From contig JAFTCT010000034.1 in the NCBI GenBank assembly GCA_017454525.1, forward strand, positions 7,237-71,236: a stretch of DNA of 64,000 nucleotides, given 5' to 3'. Source of the DNA: Clostridia bacterium. Lineage in GTDB: Bacteria > Bacillota > Clostridia > Oscillospirales > CAG-272. This document shows, one piece after another, positions 58,146-64,000 of this stretch. Numbering within the stretch: the stretch's first letter is position 1; each line of letters begins with the position of its first letter. The translations under genes and the position numbers were made by a program. The notes beneath the pieces were generated by a model. It was not told the DNA's origin. It searched no databases and saw nothing but the letters and a program-made list of their open reading frames with translations.

Positions 58146-59546
58146 TCAGACGGTATGGATCTTATTGACGGGATCGCTTGTACCCTGATCGATACCGAGC
58201 TTCGCCGCTTTCCTCTGTTCGAAGAATTTAGTTGCGACCTGCTCGAAGAGCGCGTAGGACAATACGTCTTCCTCCTGCTCCATATAGGGCGCGACCTTCT
58301 TTCTCAATTCCTCAAGTTCGGGTTTGAGCAGGTCTGCGGGACGGCAGGTGATCGGCTGTTCGTCGCCGAGGATCCTCTTCTGGAAGTCGGGATCGATCGG
58401 AACGGCGGGTCTGCCGTATTCGCCGCGGATGAGCGCTTTGAATTCCTTGGTGACGCTCTTGTAGCGCTCGCCGTAGATCACGTTCATGACCGCCTGCGTG
58501 CCGACGATCTGAGAGGACGGAGTGACAAGCGGAGGATAACCGGCGTCGGCGCGGACGCGCGGCACTTCCTCAAGACACTCGTCAAGTTTCTCGGATTTGC
58601 CCATCTGCTTGAGCTGAGAGATCAGATTGGAGAGCATTCCGCCCGGCACCTGGTAGAGCAGGGCGTTGACGTTGACCTTCAGGACCTTGGGATCGAGCAG
58701 ACCGCTTGCAAGATACTTCTCACGGAGTTTCGTGAAGTATTTCGAAACGACGTCGAGCTTCTTGAGATCGAGGCCTGTGTCGTAAGGCGTGCCCTGGAGC
58801 GCCGCGACCAGCGGCTCCGTGGGCGGCTGGGAGGTGCCCATCGCCATCGGAGAGATCGCCGTATCGACGATATCGCATCCGGCTTCGATCGCCTTCAGCG
58901 CGGTCATCGAGGCAAGCCCCGCGGTATAGTGCGTATGCAGTTCGACCGGCAGATCGGGGAACGCCGCTTTGAGCGCCTTGACGAGTTCCTCCGCCGCGTA
59001 GGGCTTGAGAAGTCCCGCCATATCCTTGATGCAGATCGAATTGACGCCCATATCGACCAGCTGCCTCGTGTAATTCACGTAATATTCGGTCGTATAGACC
59101 GGACCGGTCGTATAGGACATCGCGACCTGCACGTGGCCGCCTTCCTTGTTGGTGGCTTTGATCGCCGTTTCAAGGTTTCTCGCGTCGTTCAAGGCGTCGA
59201 AGATCCTGATGATGTCGATGCCGTTTGCAAGGGATTTCTGAACGAAATACTGAACCACGTCGTCGGAATAATGACGGTAGCCCAAAATATTCTGTCCTCT
59301 GAAGAGCATCTGAAGTTTCGTGTTCTTAACTTCTTTTCTGATCTTGCGCAGACGTTCCCACGGATCCTCGTTGAGGAATCGGAGGCAGGAATCAAACGTC
59401 GCGCCGCCCCATGCTTCAAGGGAATAGTAGCCGACTTCGTCCATCGCCTTCAGGATCGGGAGCATCTCCTCGGTCGTCATTCTCGTTGCGATCAGAGACT
59501 GGTGAGAGTCACGAAGGACTGTTTCGCAAATTTTTACCTTTGCCAT
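58146..59546 (-). CDS. Oxaloacetate decarboxylase alpha / transcarboxylase 5S-type carboxyltransferase without a fused biotinyl domain
   Basis: It has a HMGL-like TIM barrel with 'ETVLRDSHQS', 'CIKDMAG' (the lysine position corresponding to the carbamylated Lys in characterised homologues) and 'HTH'. It is 466 aa and ends before any 'AMKM' motif. Confidence 0.88.
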   Translation of the reverse strand: MAKVKICETVLRDSHQSLIATRMTTEEMLPILKAMDEVGYYSLEAWGGATFDSCLRFLNEDPWERLRKIRKEVKNTKLQMLFRGQNILGYRHYSDDVVQYFVQKSLANGIDIIRIFDALNDARNLETAIKATNKEGGHVQVAMSYTTGPVYTTEYYVNYTRQLVDMGVNSICIKDMAGLLKPYAAEELVKALKAAFPDLPVELHTHYTAGLASMTALKAIEAGCDIVDTAISPMAMGTSQPPTEPLVAALQGTPYDTGLDLKKLDVVSKYFTKLREKYLASGLLDPKVLKVNVNALLYQVPGGMLSNLISQLKQMGKSEKLDECLEEVPRVRADAGYPPLVTPSSQIVGTQAVMNVIYGERYKSVTKEFKALIRGEYGRPAVPIDPDFQKRILGDEQPITCRPADLLKPELEELRKKVAPYMEQEEDVLSYALFEQVATKFFEQRKAAKLGIDQGTSDPVNKIHTV

Positions 59547-59564
59547 ATCTTTATCCTTTCTAAA

Positions 59565-61094
59565 TCACTTGAATTGTGCGAGCAGGAATCCCGCCGCGAC
59601 CGCCGAACCGATGACGCCGGCGACGTTCGGCCCCATGGCGTGCATCAGCAGATAGTTCGCGGGGTTTTCCTTCTGACCCTGGATCTGCGAAACGCGCGCT
59701 GCCATAGGAACGGCGGAAACGCCGGCAGAACCGATAAGAGGATTGACTTTACCCTTGGTGAGCCAGCACATGACGTTGCCGCCGATCAGTCCGCCGCAGG
59801 TCGAGACCGAGAAGGCGACAAGACCGAGAATGATGATGAACAGCGTCTTGGGGCTGAGGAAGTTGGATGCCGTCGCCGTCGCGCCGACGGTGATGCCCAA
59901 AAAGATCGTGACAATGTTGAGCAGTTCGTTCTGCGCCGTCTTGGAAATCCTGTCCGTCACGCCGCAAGTGGTCAGCAGGTTACCGAACATCAGGCAGCCG
60001 ACAAGCGGTCCGGCGTCGGGAATGATCAGGATCACTGTGCAGGTCACGACGATCGGGAAGAGGATCTTTTCGAGTTTTGAAACGGGACGCGGCGCCGTCA
60101 TGACGATCTGACGGTTCTTTTTGCTGGTCAGAAGTTTCATGAAGGGCGGCTGGATCATCGGGATCAGCGCCATGTAGGAGTACGCCGCGATCGCGATCGC
60201 GCCGAGCAGGTGAGGCGCCAGCGTCTTGGTGACGATGATCGCCGTCGGTCCGTCGGCTCCGCCGATGATGCCGATCGACGCCGCTTCCTGAGGCGTAAAT
60301 CCGAAGAAGATCGCGCCCGCGAACGCGACGAAGACGCCGAGCTGCGCGGCTGCGCCCAGAAGCAGGCTCTTGGGATTGGCGATCAGCGGTCCAAAGTCGG
60401 TCATCGCGCCGATGCCGATGAAGATCAGGCAGGGGTATATGCCGAGTTTTACGCCGAGGTACAACAGGTCGAGCAGTCCGCCGTAATGCGATACGTTCTG
60501 CATATCGGGTCCTTCTTCATTGACCGTAAGCGATTCAATGGAGATGTACAGCGACTTCGAAACCGACTTTCCGTTGTCTTTCATCGCGTCTGCAAACCCT
60601 AAAAGCGTTTCTTTCAGTTCAGCTGACGAAAGGTCTTTTTTGTATGTCAGATCGTCATAGGTTTTCGCCTTGTCGATGTAAACGGAAGCGCCTTTTGCAC
60701 TCAATGCGCTGACCATCTGCGAGAGCAGCGGGTGGATATTCGTTACGTTCTTCTGTTCATCCACCTGAATTTCGATCAGATCCTCTTTATTCAGATATCC
60801 GTTTTCGACCATCGCGTCGCGCACGTCCTCGATAACGACGGCTTCATCGTTGCTGATGAACAGATCCATGTGAAACATTTCGGTTCCGGGCAGGTTGCCG
60901 AGCAGCATACCGATCGCGATCGGCAGCAGGAGCAGCGGCTCGAATTTCTTTGCGATCGCGAGATAGACGAGGACGCCGACGATCGCAAACATCGCAATGA
61001 GTTTCAGGATCTCTATGACGTCCCCGATATCGGCAATCTTCGCTATACCGGTGGAACCGAGAAACGTTTTCAGCGTTTCAAGTATATTTCCCAT
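59565..61094 (-). CDS. Na+-translocating decarboxylase beta subunit (OadB/MmdB/GcdB family), with an enlarged soluble insertion
   Basis: It has 'AIAKKFEPLLLLPI', 'GAMTDFGPL', 'GGADGPTAI', 'AAYSYMALIP.IQPP' and 'SAGVSAVPMAARV'. It is 509 aa. Confidence 0.9.
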   Translation of the reverse strand: MGNILETLKTFLGSTGIAKIADIGDVIEILKLIAMFAIVGVLVYLAIAKKFEPLLLLPIAIGMLLGNLPGTEMFHMDLFISNDEAVVIEDVRDAMVENGYLNKEDLIEIQVDEQKNVTNIHPLLSQMVSALSAKGASVYIDKAKTYDDLTYKKDLSSAELKETLLGFADAMKDNGKSVSKSLYISIESLTVNEEGPDMQNVSHYGGLLDLLYLGVKLGIYPCLIFIGIGAMTDFGPLIANPKSLLLGAAAQLGVFVAFAGAIFFGFTPQEAASIGIIGGADGPTAIIVTKTLAPHLLGAIAIAAYSYMALIPMIQPPFMKLLTSKKNRQIVMTAPRPVSKLEKILFPIVVTCTVILIIPDAGPLVGCLMFGNLLTTCGVTDRISKTAQNELLNIVTIFLGITVGATATASNFLSPKTLFIIILGLVAFSVSTCGGLIGGNVMCWLTKGKVNPLIGSAGVSAVPMAARVSQIQGQKENPANYLLMHAMGPNVAGVIGSAVAAGFLLAQFK

Positions 61095-61144
61095 TTTGTA
61101 ATTCCTTTCAGAAGAGTATTCGGCTTACAAAAACCGGTACGGGA

Positions 61145-61513
61145 TCATTTGAGAGAGCAAAGCAGATCGTCGGTCTGGACCGCGGCGCCCTTGTTGACGT
61201 TCACGGAAGCGACCACGCCGTCTGCGGGCGCTTTGATCTCGTTCTCCATTTTCATTGCCTCGACGACCATCAGGACGTCTTCCTTCTTGACCGCCTGACC
61301 GACGGCAACGTTCACTTTCAGAACGGTGCCGGGGAAGGGGGATTTCACGGGGGTGGAGCCGGCTGCCGCCGCTGCTTTGGGGGCTTCCTTGACAGGCGCT
61401 TTGACAGCGGGCGCCGCAGGAGCGCTGCTCAACGCGACCGCCGCGTCTGCGGCTACTTCTTCTACGACCACTTCGTATGTAGTTCCGTTAACGGTAACAC
61501 TGAATTTTCTCAT
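61145..61513 (-). CDS. Biotin carboxyl carrier subunit (MmdC/1.3S-like)
   Basis: It has an 'MRKFSVTVNGT.YEV.VEE' N-terminus, an Ala/Pro linker and the biotinylation motif 'EAMKMEN'. Confidence 0.9.
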   Translation of the reverse strand: MRKFSVTVNGTTYEVVVEEVAADAAVALSSAPAAPAVKAPVKEAPKAAAAAGSTPVKSPFPGTVLKVNVAVGQAVKKEDVLMVVEAMKMENEIKAPADGVVASVNVNKGAAVQTDDLLCSLK

Positions 61514-61537
61514 GATAGTTCTCCTCTGTTATTCCTC

Positions 61538-61912
61538 TTATTTTTTGTTCCACGCGGGTTTCGCGGTCGTTTTCCTGAAGGATACGACTCTGAAGGATCC
61601 CGGATCTGCTTCAAGACATACCGCAACGGCGGCTGTGATCGCGGCGACGAGCTCGGCGTCATCCGCCTGTTCGGTTTCTGCTTCCGCTGCAGCGGGCGCC
61701 GGTACGTCCTGTTTTTCCGGAGGCGACGCCTTTTTCTTTTTCTCCGTGCTCTGGAAGACCTTGCCGACGATCATGATCACGAACATGATCAGCAAGAGCA
61801 CCGCGAAAACGACGAGCATTCCCAGAAGCAGCGTCGTCAGCGACAGGGAGAACTTATCTCCTACGCTGAGTGAGCCGCCGTCAGCGGAGGCAAACAATAA
61901 TTTTGTCATCAT
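61538..61912 (-). CDS. OadG-family small membrane anchor subunit
   Basis: It has a single TM, an Ala/Pro/Glu linker and a C-terminal 'AAITAAVA......FRVVSFR' segment typical of OadG/MmdD-like proteins. It sits inside the operon. Confidence 0.7.
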   Translation of the reverse strand: MMTKLLFASADGGSLSVGDKFSLSLTTLLLGMLVVFAVLLLIMFVIMIVGKVFQSTEKKKKASPPEKQDVPAPAAAEAETEQADDAELVAAITAAVAVCLEADPGSFRVVSFRKTTAKPAWNKK

Positions 61913-61932
61913 CGTTCATCCTTTCCTTGCAT

Positions 61933-63363
61933 TTACAGCGGAAGGTTGCCGTGTTTCTTGTAGGGTGCGGAGGTCGCTTTGCCGGACAGCATTTCAAGGG
62001 TCGCGGCAATTCTCATACGGAGTTCCTCAGGCGCGACGATATCGTCGATATCGCCGTTGCGCGCCGCGTTGATCGGAGCGCAGATCTCTTTCCACGCCGC
62101 TTCCTTGGCGGCTTTTTCAGCCATGGGATCGGCGGCGGATCTGATCTCATCCGCATATATGAATTCCACCGCTGCGTCGACGGGCATGACCGAGATCGAA
62201 GAGGAGGGAAGTGCGTATACGACGTCGGCGCCCAGAGTCTTGGATCCGAGTACGGTAAACACGGCGCCGTATGCCTTTCCGGTGATCACGGTGACCTTCG
62301 CGTTAACGGAACTTCCGTAGACGGCGGCAAGGCGCGCGAGCTTCGACGAGAAGGGCGCTTTCTCCGCTTCGCAGTCGAGCGAAGTTCCTTCACAGTCTAC
62401 GAGCGTAATGACGGGAATGTTGAAGGAATCGCAGAAAGACACGAATTTCGACGCTTTCTCCGCTCCTGCGGCGGAAAGACGTCCGCCGGCGGCAACAAGT
62501 CCGACGGTGATGCCAGCGACGGAACCGATAAAGGTTTTCGTCTGCGGCGCGTATTCCGCACAAAGTTCAATGGATGACGCGGCGTCAAGGATCTCCTTTG
62601 CGATCTCCTCGGGCGTGCCGGCGCCGGTTACCGCTCTGTTGGCGGTATCGCCGTTTTCGGTATAAGCCGTACCCTCCGCATTGTTGGAAGGGAAGAGCAA
62701 GACCGCTTTTTTCGCCTGTGCAAGCGCTTCATCTACGGTATTGACGACCAGCGAAACGGCGCCGCTGCGCGCGGCTTCTCTGACGCTGCCGCCGTCCTTA
62801 TCGCCCTGCGCCTTCAATGACACGGGCGGCGTTACGTACAATTTGCTGTCTGCGCTTGCGATCACGACGTCAGCCATTTCCGCGATCGCGGCAAGAGAAC
62901 CGGAGCACGTGCCGGCGATCACGGCGATCTGCGGTATCACGCCGGAAGCGGACGCGCACGCCTTCATGACCGAACCGTAGCCGGACAGCACGGAAACGCC
63001 CTCGAGGACCTTGGCGCCGGCGGAATCGTACACGCCGATCACGGGGGCGCCCGCCTTGATCGCGGCGTCATAGAGCGACACGATCTTTTTCGCGTGCGCT
63101 TCACTCATTGCGCCCTTCATTCTTGAAAGATCCTGAACAAAAGAAAAGACCAACTTTCCGTCGACAGCGCCGTATCCCGTCACAACACCTTCAAATTCGT
63201 TGCCCGGCGCTTCGTCATAACCGGTCGTCGTCTTCTTGACAAAACGGCCGAGTTCCACGAAAGTTCCGGCATCGAACAGGGAAGATATGCGATCGTACGC
63301 CGCACCGCCGCCGTTCAGCAGGTCCTCGTAGTGTTCAAGAGTACTCTGTTTGATCTGATCCAT
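61933..63363 (-). CDS. Acyl-CoA carboxyltransferase subunit (MmdA/12S/PccB family), divergent
   Basis: It has a two-lobed crotonase-like CT: 'GVVTGYG..DG..V....QD', 'DSAGAKVLEG', 'IPQIAVIAG.CSG', 'P.ITLVDC.G' and 'ITGKAYGA'. I prefer the ATG at 63363 (GGAGA 8 nt upstream) over 63378. Confidence 0.82.
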   Translation of the reverse strand: MDQIKQSTLEHYEDLLNGGGAAYDRISSLFDAGTFVELGRFVKKTTTGYDEAPGNEFEGVVTGYGAVDGKLVFSFVQDLSRMKGAMSEAHAKKIVSLYDAAIKAGAPVIGVYDSAGAKVLEGVSVLSGYGSVMKACASASGVIPQIAVIAGTCSGSLAAIAEMADVVIASADSKLYVTPPVSLKAQGDKDGGSVREAARSGAVSLVVNTVDEALAQAKKAVLLFPSNNAEGTAYTENGDTANRAVTGAGTPEEIAKEILDAASSIELCAEYAPQTKTFIGSVAGITVGLVAAGGRLSAAGAEKASKFVSFCDSFNIPVITLVDCEGTSLDCEAEKAPFSSKLARLAAVYGSSVNAKVTVITGKAYGAVFTVLGSKTLGADVVYALPSSSISVMPVDAAVEFIYADEIRSAADPMAEKAAKEAAWKEICAPINAARNGDIDDIVAPEELRMRIAATLEMLSGKATSAPYKKHGNLPL

Positions 63364-63507
63364 AACAGCATTCTCCATTCCCGACAGCCGATAGTATTGT
63401 AATGACGAGACGGTCCGCGGCTGTCGTTGCGGACTGCTCGGAAAATCTGTTCAAAGCGCCGGAGCGCTCTTATGAACACGGGATCCATATAACCCCATCT
63501 TGAGCGT

Positions 63508-63536
63508 ATTATACTACATTTCAAAGAGAAATTCAA
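63508..63536 (-). promoter_or_regulatory. Sigma-A-type promoter of the decarboxylase operon
   Basis: On the minus strand it reads TTGAAT (63531-63536), a 17 bp spacer, then TATAAT (63508-63513). The leader is about 140 nt and contains a 9-bp stem, CGACAGCCG...CGGCTGTCG (63382-63390 with 63418-63426). Confidence 0.65.
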
Positions 63537-63611
63537 TAGTTTAAAGAAATAAAATCTAAAATGAAGCAAATAAAATCATAACAGCCGCGCAAACCGGCAG
63601 AATACGCACCG

Positions 63612-64000
63612 TCATGAATATCTGAAACGCTGTTTCTCCAAAGTACAGCGGTAAGCACCCTCATAATCGTCCGTTGCCTTACAGTAGCGTTCGAGATCGT
63701 CGTAAGCCTTATAGACGAACGGAAAAGGGATGCCGGAAGGATCGTCAACGACCTCCTTGATGAGGGTTTTGGCGCGGTCATAGTTATTCATGGAGGCGGC
63801 AATGCGGGCGTTGAAATGACTTCTGAAGAAGGGGTTTTTGATACTCATCAGCGCGTAGAGCCGGACGGCGTCGTCGATCTGGCCGTGATCGATCAGAGCG
63901 TTGAGAAAAACGTACTGCTGCTCATCCGAATACAGCGGATCATCCGGTATTCCGGCAAACAACGAGGGAATGTTGAGGAGCTTCGGCGCGCGGATCTGCT
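63612..64000 (-). CDS. Hypothetical helical (TPR-like?) protein, 3' portion only
   Basis: The frame stays open to the window edge, so the TTG at 63962 in the track is not necessarily the start. I recognise no family. Confidence 0.45.
   Translation of the reverse strand, partial: QIRAPKLLNIPSLFAGIPDDPLYSDEQQYVFLNALIDHGQIDDAVRLYALMSIKNPFFRSHFNARIAASMNNYDRAKTLIKEVVDDPSGIPFPFVYKAYDDLERYCKATDDYEGAYRCTLEKQRFRYS

Noticed and set aside
58155-60080. A 641-aa plus-strand ORF opposite the decarboxylase operon
   Set aside because: It spans the boundary of two well-supported minus-strand genes (the OadA-like and beta subunits) and has Arg-rich shadow-ORF composition.

Overview
GC-rich chromosomal segment from an endospore-forming Firmicute, Clostridia-like by gene content (yabP, yabQ, divIC, a spoVB/yabM-like flippase, a GerA-family subunit, a SleC-like cortex-lytic candidate and a spoVM-like micro-ORF). 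Most of it is conserved housekeeping in Firmicute-type synteny: recJ-rel-dtd-hemZ-like; flippase-mazG-yabO-yabP-yabQ-divIC; a complete glycogen operon glgB-glgC-glgD-glgA-glgP plus a GH13 enzyme; rsgA; ruvX; type-A RNase P RNA; dusB; ligA; obg; a lipid kinase; a NUDIX hydrolase; and an ABC-F ATPase. Several accessory, surface or secreted genes interrupt this backbone: a BspA-type LRR lipoprotein, a FIVAR-repeat lipoprotein, a papain-like (C1) peptidase fused to a ricin-type lectin, and a dCache/HAMP/GGDEF cyclase. The standout is one ~10.2 kb gene (47837..58069) for a ~3,410-aa secreted protein. It combines five discoidin/CBM32-like modules, an intact metallophosphoesterase, BspA-type LRRs, a GH89 alpha-N-acetylglucosaminidase, four copies of an unrecognised module, Cys/His-rich motifs and a C-terminal dockerin. 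The window ends with a five-gene biotin-dependent Na+-decarboxylase operon that carries two different carboxyltransferases. I saw no CRISPR array, tRNA, rRNA, transposase, integrase or phage genes. The long antisense ORFs in the track are GC-rich shadow ORFs. All family calls rest on motifs read by eye, and no database search was possible.
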